Of a DNA stretch of 56,207 nucleotides, positions 18,422 to 28,527 are shown in pieces (positions within the stretch are counted from its first letter, which is position 1; each line of letters starts with the position of its first letter). The notes under the pieces were generated by a model. It was given only the letters and a program-made list of their open reading frames with translations. It was not told where the DNA came from and searched no databases. The translations under genes were made by a program, and so were the position numbers. Origin of the DNA: Actinomycetota bacterium (GTDB lineage: Bacteria; Actinomycetota; Aquicultoria; Aquicultorales; JAMCWL01); contig JAMCWL010000089.1 in NCBI GenBank assembly GCA_023481285.1, positions 1 through 56,207 of the forward strand, in the 5' to 3' direction.

Positions 18422-19936
18422 TTGGCGGCAATGGTAGGTATGGATATCTCATGGATTTTGATTGCCATCCTCGGGACTGCGGTCGGACTCATACTCGTAC
18501 TCAGGATTTTTCAGGATATTAATTTCGGCATCTGGTTGCTGATTCTTCTCTTCCCCTTTACCCAGCTAAGGATTGTAGATACACCTTTCGGTTCTCTTCA
18601 GCCCAGTCAGCTACTGGTAATAGTTACGCTCGCAAGCCTTCTTCTCAGGGAGGCGGTGAAGAAAGAAGGGTTGAAGCCAAGCCCTCTGCCGATCAATAAG
18701 GCTCTGGTTCTTTTTCTGCTTGTCAGCATCTTCTCGCTCGGCCAATTCATTTGGCTCGATTTTGTCGGAACCTCGGCAACAATGCCGTATACGAGACCCG
18801 GCCGGGTGGATCCCATCGTCCGTGGTGCGACCTCAATCCTAAATATTTTAATCGGATTCGCCACTTTCTATGTGATAAGTAGGCATCTGAAAACGGAGCA
18901 GGCTATCAAGAAAGGGATCGTGTTCTGGTTGATATCGGGCACGGCGGCTTCTCTCTTCGCAATCTACGCATTTTTGACGAACCTGCTTAAGTTCTTACCA
19001 CCGCTGCCGGCACTATTGGCGGGCGGGCAAGGAGGTGTAGTCCCCAGAGAGCTTGATATGACTAATCCACTAGGAAGCCCGTTGATACCTCGAGCTGCTT
19101 CAGTACTGCAGGAACCTCGACATCTGGCTATCTTTTTGGCGCCTCTCGTCTTTTTCTTTATTTTACTGTTCATGAAGAGAACGTTTCTCATTCGTCCTTG
19201 GGCTCAGAGCGCAATGATGGCGCTCACCATCATCGGCTTTCTCCTGACTTTGTCTCGAATTACCTTCATTCTTGCATTTGCCATACTTGTCGTATATTAT
19301 ATTTCGACGGTATCTTCTCGGAATCGGACACCCCCAAATCGTAGCTGGCCGTTGGTCCTGCTGGTGATAATAGCGCCCGCCCTTATAGCAGCCAATGCTT
19401 TTATAACCCACTTCTTCAAAGTAGACTTGGTCAAGTTTTCTATTTTCCAGTGGGCAAGCGTTATAGGCGGCAGTCACCTAACATACTTCGCCGAGCAAAT
19501 GGCGTCCTTTGAGACCGCTTGGCGCACCTTCTTGGGTCATCCGTTCCTTGGGGGTGGCATTGGCAGTTATTACTATTTCGTAAAGCTTTTCGATGCGCCA
19601 ACCACATCTTCAGTGGTGAACAACGTTTATCTAGAACTACTTGCCGAGACCGGCCTCCTCGGGATCGCGACATTCATCGCGTTGATCTTCTCTTTCTTTA
19701 AGAGCTTAAGCGCCTCCGAGGGGCATCTTGAGAAACTCCAGGAAACTCTGGTCGATGGTTTTAAGGGCAGCTTTAAGATTTTGCTGGTCGGCTACATGTT
19801 TCTCTCGGCGTTTTTCTATCCTTTTGTCTGGGGGCTTATGGGGCTGGCGGTAGCCTGTAAAGTTAATTGGAATCAACGAGGCGCGCCGGGAGAAAAACCG
19901 CTTTCGAGAGTCGAAAATGCCGCGCCTACCAAGTGA
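18422..19936 (+). CDS. Wzy polymerase / O-antigen-ligase-like membrane protein
   Basis: Many TM helices; RAASVLQEPRH, LTLSR, HPFLGGGIGSY and NVYLELLAETGLLG (Wzy_C-like). Start codon uncertain. Confidence 0.8.
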   Translation: MAAMVGMDISWILIAILGTAVGLILVLRIFQDINFGIWLLILLFPFTQLRIVDTPFGSLQPSQLLVIVTLASLLLREAVKKEGLKPSPLPINKALVLFLLVSIFSLGQFIWLDFVGTSATMPYTRPGRVDPIVRGATSILNILIGFATFYVISRHLKTEQAIKKGIVFWLISGTAASLFAIYAFLTNLLKFLPPLPALLAGGQGGVVPRELDMTNPLGSPLIPRAASVLQEPRHLAIFLAPLVFFFILLFMKRTFLIRPWAQSAMMALTIIGFLLTLSRITFILAFAILVVYYISTVSSRNRTPPNRSWPLVLLVIIAPALIAANAFITHFFKVDLVKFSIFQWASVIGGSHLTYFAEQMASFETAWRTFLGHPFLGGGIGSYYYFVKLFDAPTTSSVVNNVYLELLAETGLLGIATFIALIFSFFKSLSASEGHLEKLQETLVDGFKGSFKILLVGYMFLSAFFYPFVWGLMGLAVACKVNWNQRGAPGEKPLSRVENAAPTK

Positions 19937-19969
19937 GCGACTTCTGCAAAAATGAGCGACTTCTGTAAA
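19934..19969. repeat. 17-bp direct repeat, two copies
   Basis: TGAGCGACTTCTGCAAA (19934-19950) and TGAGCGACTTCTGTAAA (19953-19969). Confidence 0.85.
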
Positions 19970-19981
19970 TAAGAGGAGCCG

Positions 19982-21127
19982 ATGCGAATAGGATTCAACG
20001 GTCGGTATCTTCAGAAAACGCCGAGCGGTATCGAACTCTACTTGCTCAACCTGATCGATGCGTTGATCGGCATGGACTCGGGCAACGAATTCTTCGTATT
20101 CATCAACAGTCAACCATTTGAAAGCATTGAGATGAAGGATCGGTTGGACCGGAGCGGAGCCAAAATATATCCGACCAAATGGCCGTCGGGGTCGAGAGTG
20201 TCCAGACTCATTTGGGACTATGCGGTGCTCGGAAAGGAACTTGGAAAGGAACGAATCGACCTGTTTCACGGGCCATCCTTCTCCATGCCTTTGACCAAGG
20301 TATGCCCTTCGGTTGTGACCGTTCACGACCTCGCCTTCAGGTACTTTCCAGATAGCTACACGCCGATAAATCGCTACTATTTCAAAGTATTGCTGCCCGC
20401 AGTCGTGAGACGGGTCGATATGATAGTGACGGATTCCGAAAGTTCTAAGCTGGATATCGTGGAATCCTTCCCGATACCCGACGAAAAGGTCGCGGTCGTC
20501 TATCCGGGCATCGGTCCGGATTTCAAGGTGACCGACGACGCCGACCGGCTCGCGGATGTCCATCGACGATTAGGGATATCAAGAGAGTACATTCTCAATG
20601 TTTCGGGGCTTATCACGCCGAGAAAGAACCTCACCGCTCTCTTCAAGAGCTATTCCGAACTCCGGCGGACGCGCGCCGTCGATCACCAGCTTGTTATCGT
20701 GGGAAGCGCCGGCTGGTCTTATTCGAAGATCTTCGAGATGGTGGACGAACTCGATCTCCGAGAGGATGTAATCTTTACCGGATCGGTCTCCACCGACGAT
20801 CTCGTCGCCATCTATAACGGAGCCGACCTGCTCGTCTTTCCTTCTTGGTATGAGGGCTTTGGATTCCCGGTGCTCGAAGCGATGGCGTGCGGTACTCCGG
20901 TAGTCGCTTCAAACATCTCGTCCTTGCCCGAGATCGGCGGAGACGCATGCGTACTCGTCGACCCGGCGGATGAAGACGAGTTGGCCGACGGAATCGCTAG
21001 TCTTCTGCGGGACGGCGGCCTGAGAAACCGCTTGATCGGGAGCGGTTTGCATAGGGCCAAGTCGTTTTCTTGGAGCGAGACGGCGAGGCGGACTTTGGAG
21101 GTCTACAAGCGGGTGGCGAATGGATAG
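19982..21127 (+). CDS. GT4 glycosyltransferase
   Basis: VVTVHDL, PRKNL, FPSWYEGFGFPVLEAMACG motifs; RBS GAGGAG. Confidence 0.92.
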   Translation: MRIGFNGRYLQKTPSGIELYLLNLIDALIGMDSGNEFFVFINSQPFESIEMKDRLDRSGAKIYPTKWPSGSRVSRLIWDYAVLGKELGKERIDLFHGPSFSMPLTKVCPSVVTVHDLAFRYFPDSYTPINRYYFKVLLPAVVRRVDMIVTDSESSKLDIVESFPIPDEKVAVVYPGIGPDFKVTDDADRLADVHRRLGISREYILNVSGLITPRKNLTALFKSYSELRRTRAVDHQLVIVGSAGWSYSKIFEMVDELDLREDVIFTGSVSTDDLVAIYNGADLLVFPSWYEGFGFPVLEAMACGTPVVASNISSLPEIGGDACVLVDPADEDELADGIASLLRDGGLRNRLIGSGLHRAKSFSWSETARRTLEVYKRVANG

Positions 21128-22286
21128 GATCCCGGTTCTCTACGTGAATTCGACCCCCGAGCTCGGCGGGGCGAATATCCAGCTCATTCAAATTCTAAAG
21201 AAGATGGATCTCAGCGTATATCGTCCGATCATCGTCAACCCGCCTCAGGATGTCCAAAAGCTGGCGGATTTCGCGCAATTCGGAGAACCGATCGTAACGA
21301 TTCGCATCGGCGTCATCAAGCGCTCCTATAACCCCGTGAGGGCCGTGGGATTCTTAGTCGAAAGCGTCGGCGGCGTTCGGCGGTTGTGCAGGCTGATAAG
21401 AAGGGAGCGCATTCGAATCGTCCACTCGAATACCTCAACCGTAATCAGCGGCGCGATAGCGGCCAAGCTAACCGGCGCATATTCGGTCTGGCACGTGCAC
21501 GAAGTTATGATGCCGAAGCCGGTGCGAGCGATTCTGTGCCGGTTGATTCTGGCCCTAAGCGACAAGGTAGTGGCCATATCGAATACCGTCCGCGAGCAAT
21601 TCCCGTTGCGCGACCGTTGTCGAATCGAGGTCGTCTACGACGGCATCGACCTACGCGGGTGGACCCCGCCAACGGCCGAGAAAAGAGCTCTCGCCAGGCG
21701 GAGTCTCGGCCTGACGGACGACGCGCCGTTGGTGGGAATGGTCGGCCGTTTCGTGCCCTGGAAAGGCCAGGAGACCTTCGTTAGGGCTTGCGAGCTGGTC
21801 GCAAGGGAGCATCCCGGAGCGCAATTCTTAATGATAGGTCAGACATTCGGTGAGCTGCGTTCCTACAATCGTCGCCTCGAGCGATTGGTAAGAGCGCTTG
21901 GCATGGATGACAGGACATCCTTTGAGTATTGGTGCGAGGACATACCCGCGCGTATGTCGATGATGGATATCGTGGTGCACGCTTCCGAAAAACCCGAGGG
22001 TTTTGGTCTTGTAGCGATAGAAGCCATGGCCTTAGGAAAACCTGTAATAGGAACCATCGGCGGCATCAGGGAGATAATCAGCAACGATGTCGGATTGGTC
22101 GTACCTCCTTGCGACCACAACGCCCTCGCCGACGCCATCAACCGCTTGCTGGCAGACCGGGACGGGGCGGATCTTATGGGCTTGAGAGGCCGCGACCGCG
22201 TCGCGGAACACTTCACAATCGAGCGAACGGCCGAAAAAATCAGCGCCGTCTACCAAGAATTGCTCGCGCGGAAAGGAGCCCGATGA
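21120..22286 (+). CDS. GT4 glycosyltransferase
   Basis: VWHVHE, VGRFVPWKGQ, PEGFGLVAIEAMALG motifs. Confidence 0.9.
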   Translation: MDRIPVLYVNSTPELGGANIQLIQILKKMDLSVYRPIIVNPPQDVQKLADFAQFGEPIVTIRIGVIKRSYNPVRAVGFLVESVGGVRRLCRLIRRERIRIVHSNTSTVISGAIAAKLTGAYSVWHVHEVMMPKPVRAILCRLILALSDKVVAISNTVREQFPLRDRCRIEVVYDGIDLRGWTPPTAEKRALARRSLGLTDDAPLVGMVGRFVPWKGQETFVRACELVAREHPGAQFLMIGQTFGELRSYNRRLERLVRALGMDDRTSFEYWCEDIPARMSMMDIVVHASEKPEGFGLVAIEAMALGKPVIGTIGGIREIISNDVGLVVPPCDHNALADAINRLLADRDGADLMGLRGRDRVAEHFTIERTAEKISAVYQELLARKGAR

Positions 22287-23779
22287 GCTTGAGGGGGGAG
22301 AGAATGAAGGTTCAATTGATCTTCGCGCCGCCTCAACAGTCGCCCAAGTACGGTGAGCTCGGCCAAAGCATCACCCCGCCGCTCGGAATCCTTTATCTCG
22401 CCGGTTACTTGCGCCGCGAGCTTCCCGAGGTCGAGTTGAGTGTAATCGACGGCCTTAAGAGCGGCTACGATCGTACGCTGTCGGCCATCGAATCTTTCGA
22501 CCCTGACATCCTGGGGATATCGTTTTATACGCCCGTCGCCCTGAGCGCCTATCGATTGATCAACCAAGTCAAAGAGGCGCTCCCGAATACTTTCATCGTC
22601 GCCGGGGGACCTCACGCGACGGCCCTGCCCCGAGAGGTTCTGGAGAGGTCCGGAGCGGACGTCGTAGCCATCGGAGAGGGTGAAGTCACCCTATCGGAGC
22701 TCGTAAGGATGTTGGCGGCCAAGAAACTCCCGTCGCACTCGGACTACGAGCGGATCGATGGTCTGGCTTACAGATCGAGCGGTCGCATAAAGAAGACCCC
22801 ACCGCGACGGTTCATCCCCGATATCAACGACATTCCGTTTCCCGCGCGCGATTTGGTCGACCTGAGCGAATACTCGGGCTGGTACGTACATCACGCTCTG
22901 CCCGAAACCAAGATGCTTTTCTCGAGGGGATGCCCTTACCACTGCACCTTTTGCGACGCGGTGATCTGGAAGTCATCCAAGCCGTGGGTCCGACTCCGAA
23001 CGCCCGAGAATATAGTCGACGAAATCGAAGTTCTAATGAAAGAATTCGGCGTCAGGGAGATAATGGATGACAGCGATGAGTTCAATAACAGCGAAGCCCA
23101 CGCCATCGCCATATGCGAGGAGATAAAGAGGCGCGGGGTCGATATCCCCTGGAAAACCCAGCTTCGAGCCTGGCCGTTGTCGGAGAAGTTGGTGCGCGCA
23201 ATGGCGGAATCGGGTTGCTGGTACGTCCACCTGGGGATCGAAAGCGGGAATCCCGAAACGCTCAGGGGTATCCAAAAGCACATAACCGTCGAGCAAGTGA
23301 GAGAGGCTTGCGCTAGACTTAAGAAATACGACATCAAAATCCTCGGTCTTTTCATGCTCTTCAACGTCTGGGAGGAAGATGGAGAGCTGCGATTTGAAGA
23401 CGTGAAAAAGACGGAGAACACCTTTCGCTTTATCGAGAGCCTCATAAACGAAAAGCTCTTGGACTATATCGGGTGGTCCGTAACCACCCCCTATCCGGGG
23501 AGCAAGCTATACGAGATCGCCCTCAACCACGACTTGATTAAACCTCGATTGTTGAACCAATGGGATGCCTGGATCACCGACGACGCCTACGTCATGAGAC
23601 TTCCCGGGGTGGACGAGCGGGAGATGATCCGGATGAAGACATTAGGCCAGATCTTGCGGGCCAAATTAATCGTGAAATCCCGCCGGTTCGGCTATAAGGA
23701 CATCCCATTCTTCATCCAAAAGGGCTTGAAACTGCTGCATGACGAGGTAAGGAGCAGGTTCGCAAATAATGGTCGATAA
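22283..23779 (+). CDS. B12-binding radical SAM enzyme #3
   Basis: PPLGILYLAG, AGGPHAT, GEGE, FSRGCPYHCTFC, GIESGN motifs. Start is 22283 (ATGA overlap) or 22304, not 21929. Confidence 0.92.
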   Translation: MSLRGERMKVQLIFAPPQQSPKYGELGQSITPPLGILYLAGYLRRELPEVELSVIDGLKSGYDRTLSAIESFDPDILGISFYTPVALSAYRLINQVKEALPNTFIVAGGPHATALPREVLERSGADVVAIGEGEVTLSELVRMLAAKKLPSHSDYERIDGLAYRSSGRIKKTPPRRFIPDINDIPFPARDLVDLSEYSGWYVHHALPETKMLFSRGCPYHCTFCDAVIWKSSKPWVRLRTPENIVDEIEVLMKEFGVREIMDDSDEFNNSEAHAIAICEEIKRRGVDIPWKTQLRAWPLSEKLVRAMAESGCWYVHLGIESGNPETLRGIQKHITVEQVREACARLKKYDIKILGLFMLFNVWEEDGELRFEDVKKTENTFRFIESLINEKLLDYIGWSVTTPYPGSKLYEIALNHDLIKPRLLNQWDAWITDDAYVMRLPGVDEREMIRMKTLGQILRAKLIVKSRRFGYKDIPFFIQKGLKLLHDEVRSRFANNGR

Positions 23780-24701
23780 TCCCGTCAAAACGCCGCTTGA
23801 TGTCTCGATAATCATCGTCAACTTTAACGGCGGCTCGGTGCTGCGTGATTGCGTGGCGTCGCTGTTCGCCCGGACTATAGGAGTAAAATTTGCGGTCACC
23901 CTATTTGACAACGGCTCCTCGGATGGGAGCGCCGAACGCATAAAGAAGGAGTTCGGGGAGGTCAAATTGGTTCACCACATCGAAAACGTCGGTTTTGCGA
24001 AGGCTAACAACCAAGCGATCGCTCAAAGCGGAGCGGCGCGCTACTACTTGCTGCTCAATCCCGATACCGTTCTTCGGTCAGATGCAATCAAAACGATGAT
24101 GGACTTCATGGACGCGAATCCGAATGCAGGGGTTTGCGGACCGAAGGTCGTCCTGGAAAATGGCAAACTCGACGCTCCATGCAGGCGCTCTTTCAAGACG
24201 CCCGCCATCTACTTTTACAACACCTTAGGTCTGAGCAAGCTTTTCCCGAAGAGCAGGCGTTTCGGCAAATATTACTTTTCTTACCTGGACGAAGATGAGG
24301 GCTCCGAAGTAGATTCCGTCGTCGGCGCCTTCCTGATGATCCGTGGGGAGACGATGAGGGAGATCGGGCTCCTTGATGAATCATTCTTTATCTACGGCGA
24401 AGATGAGGATTGGTGTTTCCGAGCCAAGCAAGCGGGATGGAAAGTCTTCTACAACCCTAATGAAAGCGTTCTGCATCTGAAAGGTACGAGCACAGGTAAG
24501 AAATCGCTGACAATGAGCGTTCACTGGCACAAAGCGGCTTACCTCTTTCACCGCAAGCATTTGGCTGGCTCATACGGTATGCTCACCAACCTCATCGTAT
24601 ACGCGGGGATCGCACTTCATTTGGGTGTAAGCTTGTTTTTCACTACGATTAACTTGGGGAAGAAACGACTACATGAAATTCGATTCTTTCACATTCAATA
24701 G
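23769..24701 (+). CDS. GT2 glycosyltransferase (WbbL-like)
   Basis: SIIIVNFN, DNGSSDGS, GFAKANN, LLLNPD, YGEDEDWC motifs. Confidence 0.9.
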   Translation: MVDNPVKTPLDVSIIIVNFNGGSVLRDCVASLFARTIGVKFAVTLFDNGSSDGSAERIKKEFGEVKLVHHIENVGFAKANNQAIAQSGAARYYLLLNPDTVLRSDAIKTMMDFMDANPNAGVCGPKVVLENGKLDAPCRRSFKTPAIYFYNTLGLSKLFPKSRRFGKYYFSYLDEDEGSEVDSVVGAFLMIRGETMREIGLLDESFFIYGEDEDWCFRAKQAGWKVFYNPNESVLHLKGTSTGKKSLTMSVHWHKAAYLFHRKHLAGSYGMLTNLIVYAGIALHLGVSLFFTTINLGKKRLHEIRFFHIQ

Positions 24702-25368
24702 GCCGTCATTCTATAAGAAGAAAGCCGAAATCGTCTATCGACTAAAAAAAACCGCCTACGCCCTACTCGATAAGGATCTGGATGGAGATTGGAAGACATT
24801 CTTGGGCGAGCGATCGTCCTTGCTGAAGGGATATTGCAGGGATAGGACGGTTCTCGATGTCGGGTGCGGGACGGGAGATTTCTTGAACGAGCTTAAACAT
24901 CGATACGGAGCGAGAACGCTTTTCGGACTGGACATCTCTCCCGCGATGATTTCGGAAGCGAAAAACGCCAACCCGCACTACAACTACGTTATCGGCAGCA
25001 GCGATCGCCTACCGTTCGAGGACAACTCGTTCGACGTGGTGACTTTTCAATGGGTCTATCATCATCTGTCGCCCAGCACCGCCTCAGCCGCTATGAATGA
25101 GGCCAAACGCGTCTCAAGAGAGACGATCGTCGTACAGGACACCGTCGGGTACGATTCGGGTCCGATGCGCTACTTATCGTTACTATACTGGGCGCTCGTC
25201 GACGGGGGCTCGTGCTACAGAACCAGGGCTCAGTGGAGAGAGCTTTTTGAAGATAACGGGCTTAAAGTCATCGAGGAACGTTTCGGGTCGATTATCAGGA
25301 CCGGGATTTTCGTGCTTGGAAAGGCAAAGTCTAGGACTAAGAGAAAGAGGGCCAATGGAGCTCAATGA
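24673..25368 (+). CDS. Class I SAM-dependent methyltransferase
   Basis: VLDVGCGTG, GLDISPAM, LPFEDNSFDVV motifs. Confidence 0.88.
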   Translation: MKFDSFTFNRPSFYKKKAEIVYRLKKTAYALLDKDLDGDWKTFLGERSSLLKGYCRDRTVLDVGCGTGDFLNELKHRYGARTLFGLDISPAMISEAKNANPHYNYVIGSSDRLPFEDNSFDVVTFQWVYHHLSPSTASAAMNEAKRVSRETIVVQDTVGYDSGPMRYLSLLYWALVDGGSCYRTRAQWRELFEDNGLKVIEERFGSIIRTGIFVLGKAKSRTKRKRANGAQ

Positions 25369-27007
25369 ATATCTGAAGATTATCAAAAGCCGCAGGACTG
25401 AATTGGTGGGCATCACCCTTTTCGTCCTGCTTCTCATCTTGTTCATCTCATCACTGCAGCGACCCGTCTACAGAGCGACGGCGGTCCTGCAGTACCAGAC
25501 TAACAATATCGCGAGTACCTTTCTCGGGCAAATGAATTTTCCGTTCTTGGCCAGCCAGCCGGAGAGGGAGCTCTCCACTCAAGCCGCACTGATTACCTCG
25601 GAACCAATGGCCCAAAATGTCATTAGCAAACTCAACCTAAAGATTTCACCTGAAGAATTGATACGAAAGATCGACGTTTCGTTCGAAGAGAAGACGAACC
25701 TCATCAACATCAGCGTCGAAGACAACGACCCTCGGCAAGCCCAAATCATCGCTTCTGTCCTGACCCAAGTCTTCCTCGACAATTCGAAGAAGTCGGCTTC
25801 GTCGGAGGTTTCGGAAGCCAAGGACGAGGTTTCGTTCAGGATGAAGGACATCCAGGAAGATATACAACTCTACTCACAGATAGCCGATTCTAAGAAGGGA
25901 CCGGACGGTCAGCCGACCAGCGACGCTAACAATATAAAATCGCAGATGGCGATAGCGACCAGCATCTATACGGAACTCGCCGGGAAACAACAGCAACTAG
26001 AGGTGCTCGAGGATCTCACGACAGGTGGAATGAAGCTCGCGGTTCCAGCCGTTCTGCCAAAGACACCCTCGAAACCCGATATGGCGAAGAACACGATTCT
26101 GGCTCTGGTCTTAGGTTTGGCTTCGAGTTCCGCCTGGGTTTTCACGACAGAGTACCTGGACAACACGATCAAAACCACCGAGGACGTCGATAAATACTTC
26201 AAACTGCCGGTAGTGGGCCAGATTCCCCTTTCCGGAAACGAGTCGGCAAGACGGGAAGACCGGACGGTGCAGGAGGGCAATATCCTCGTCAGTCCGGAAT
26301 CGTACACCGCTGAGGCCTACCGCACATTGCGCACCAACATTCAATTTTTCAATTTCGAAAGCCAAGCGAGGACGATAATCGTGACGAGCTCTATCAGCGC
26401 GGAGGGAAAGACCACGATCGCCTCCAACCTGGCGGCAACTTTAGCGCTGAGCAGCGGCAATATCTTGTTGATGGACTGCGATTTTCGGCGTCCGCGAATC
26501 CACAACAGCTTCTACAAGAATAACGATCTGGGCTTATCAAGCGTATTGGCAAGATCCTGTTATCTTAGGGACGCTATACAACCGACTCATGTGCCGGGGT
26601 TGTCGGTCATTACCAGCGGCCCCCAGCCGCCCAACCCGTCCGAGCTTTTCGGGTCGGGTTTGATGACCGACATAATCGAGACTCTAAAAATGGAATACGA
26701 CTATGTCGTACTCGATACACCCCCCGTCTGTGCCGTCACCGACGCCGTGGTCTTAGCGACCAAAGTAGACGGCGTTCTGCTGGTCTGTTCGTTCAATGAG
26801 ACCACGGGCGAGGTAGCTGCGGAATCGGTAAGACTCCTCGATAAGGTGCCCTCGAAAATCCTGGGGGTGGTCATGAATAAAATCTACTCCCAGAAAGGCA
26901 GGTACGGCCGCTACTACGGGCATTACTACGGTCATTACTACGGCCGCCGCTACGGTCGTTACTACGGCAGTCACGAGGAAGATGGCGGGGAGAAAAAAAC
27001 CGTCTAA
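25355..27007 (+). CDS. Fused chain-length regulator / BY tyrosine kinase (Wzc, CpsC-CpsD type)
   Basis: Wzz-like N-terminus with two TMs; EAYRTLRTNI, EGKTT, DCDFRRP, PPNPSEL, DTPP motifs; C-terminal Tyr cluster encoded by five 12-bp repeats (26906-26965). Confidence 0.92.
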   Translation: MELNEYLKIIKSRRTELVGITLFVLLLILFISSLQRPVYRATAVLQYQTNNIASTFLGQMNFPFLASQPERELSTQAALITSEPMAQNVISKLNLKISPEELIRKIDVSFEEKTNLINISVEDNDPRQAQIIASVLTQVFLDNSKKSASSEVSEAKDEVSFRMKDIQEDIQLYSQIADSKKGPDGQPTSDANNIKSQMAIATSIYTELAGKQQQLEVLEDLTTGGMKLAVPAVLPKTPSKPDMAKNTILALVLGLASSSAWVFTTEYLDNTIKTTEDVDKYFKLPVVGQIPLSGNESARREDRTVQEGNILVSPESYTAEAYRTLRTNIQFFNFESQARTIIVTSSISAEGKTTIASNLAATLALSSGNILLMDCDFRRPRIHNSFYKNNDLGLSSVLARSCYLRDAIQPTHVPGLSVITSGPQPPNPSELFGSGLMTDIIETLKMEYDYVVLDTPPVCAVTDAVVLATKVDGVLLVCSFNETTGEVAAESVRLLDKVPSKILGVVMNKIYSQKGRYGRYYGHYYGHYYGRRYGRYYGSHEEDGGEKKTV

Positions 27008-27028
27008 CGGCAAAGGAGAATTTGGCGA

Positions 27029-28495
27029 TTGGCCGATATACTCCTCTTCTATCCCAAGACGGGCTTCGATATCGCCAAGCTTTCGGTGGATATCCCTCTC
27101 TCGATTCTCTCGGCCGCTTGCCTGGCGGTTAAGGACTTCGAGATATCCCTTATCGACCAGCGAATCGAAGTCGATTGGCGCGCCCGTCTTGAAAAAGAGC
27201 TGGAGAGCAACCCCCTCGCCGTCGGTATATCGGCGATGACCGGCAACCAGATTCACTACGGCGTTCAGGCCGCCGGGGTGGTTCGCGACGCGGAGCTCGG
27301 CACCAGAATCGTATGGGGAGGCGTTCACCCGTCGCTCCTACCCGAACAGACGTTGAAAAGCAGATTCGCCGACATCGTCGTCTGCGGTGAAGGCGAAAAG
27401 ACACTATCGGATTTGGCACGCGCTCTTAAAACGGGAGCCGGTCTTGATTCCGTCGATGGCATCGCCTACAAGAAGAACGGCGAAATCCGTTTCACCAAGG
27501 CAAGGGCGCCCCTTAACCTCAATGAACTGCCTCTTCTTCCATACCATCTCTTGGACATGGAATCCTACATCGGCAGCCAGGGCAGGTTCAAAGACAATTC
27601 AGCCCGGAGCCTTATCTTCATTTCGAGCCGGGGTTGTCCCTGGCGTTGCGCGTTCTGCTGCAATCCCAGACTCTCGGGTCGCCGCTGGCGATCGATGGAC
27701 GCTCACCTGGTATACGAACGCGTCATGGAGCTGGTCGAGAGGTACGATTTGGACTCCGTCACATTCCATGACGAGGAGTTCTTGGTCAAAGAGGATCGCG
27801 CCCTGGAGATCGCCCGTCTCATCGACGGCCGGCTGAGCTGGTGGATTCAGGCGAGGATGGACCGGCTTCTGCAGGTGGATGTGGACGCGTTGGCCGAGGG
27901 CGGGCTGGAAGCGGTCCAGCCCGGCATCGAATCCGGATCCGATCGAATCCTACGGATGATCAAGAAGGGCGAGACCGTGGCGCAGATTAAGGCCGCGAAT
28001 AGAAGGCTCGCACGAACGCCGGTTGTCCCCCTATACAACTTTATGATGGGTTTCCCCGGAGAAACCAAGAAGGAGCTCGATGCGACGGTCGACCTCGCCC
28101 TCGAGCTCCTGGACGACAACCCTAAAGCCGAAGTCTCGGGTTTTTACGTTTTCGTCCCCTATCCGGGCACCGAGCTCTTCGAACTGGCGGTTCGAACCGG
28201 CTTCAATCCGCCTCGGACCCTCGAGGAATGGTCGCGGTACAACAGACAGCATCTCCGCACCCCTTGGATACAAGAGGACAAGCGCGAACTCGAAAACCTG
28301 GTTTTCGCGTCCAAGTTCATCGACGGCAAGAGGGTTTTAAAAAGGGTAAGACAGGCGCTGCCATACCTGCCGATGCCCAGAGGGCCGTTTGACATGTTTA
28401 CTGGGATTTTAAGAAAGAGATGGCGGATGCATGATTATAAGGGCGGTCTCACGTTGGAGTTAATTAAAAGGTCGAGCCGGTATTTCCTTAGATAG
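27029..28495 (+). CDS. B12-binding radical SAM enzyme #4
   Basis: VWGGVHPS, GEGE, SSRGCPWRCAFC, GIESGS motifs; RBS AAAGGAG. Confidence 0.92.
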   Translation: MADILLFYPKTGFDIAKLSVDIPLSILSAACLAVKDFEISLIDQRIEVDWRARLEKELESNPLAVGISAMTGNQIHYGVQAAGVVRDAELGTRIVWGGVHPSLLPEQTLKSRFADIVVCGEGEKTLSDLARALKTGAGLDSVDGIAYKKNGEIRFTKARAPLNLNELPLLPYHLLDMESYIGSQGRFKDNSARSLIFISSRGCPWRCAFCCNPRLSGRRWRSMDAHLVYERVMELVERYDLDSVTFHDEEFLVKEDRALEIARLIDGRLSWWIQARMDRLLQVDVDALAEGGLEAVQPGIESGSDRILRMIKKGETVAQIKAANRRLARTPVVPLYNFMMGFPGETKKELDATVDLALELLDDNPKAEVSGFYVFVPYPGTELFELAVRTGFNPPRTLEEWSRYNRQHLRTPWIQEDKRELENLVFASKFIDGKRVLKRVRQALPYLPMPRGPFDMFTGILRKRWRMHDYKGGLTLELIKRSSRYFLR

Positions 28496-28527
28496 AACGG
28501 ACGGACGACGACCGAGGTGGTTCTAGC

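Noticed and set aside
21929-22282. N-terminal extensions given by the ORF track (also 25097-25354, 38303-38419, 6785-6874)
   Set aside because: They overlap upstream genes or lack homology; RBS-supported starts lie downstream.
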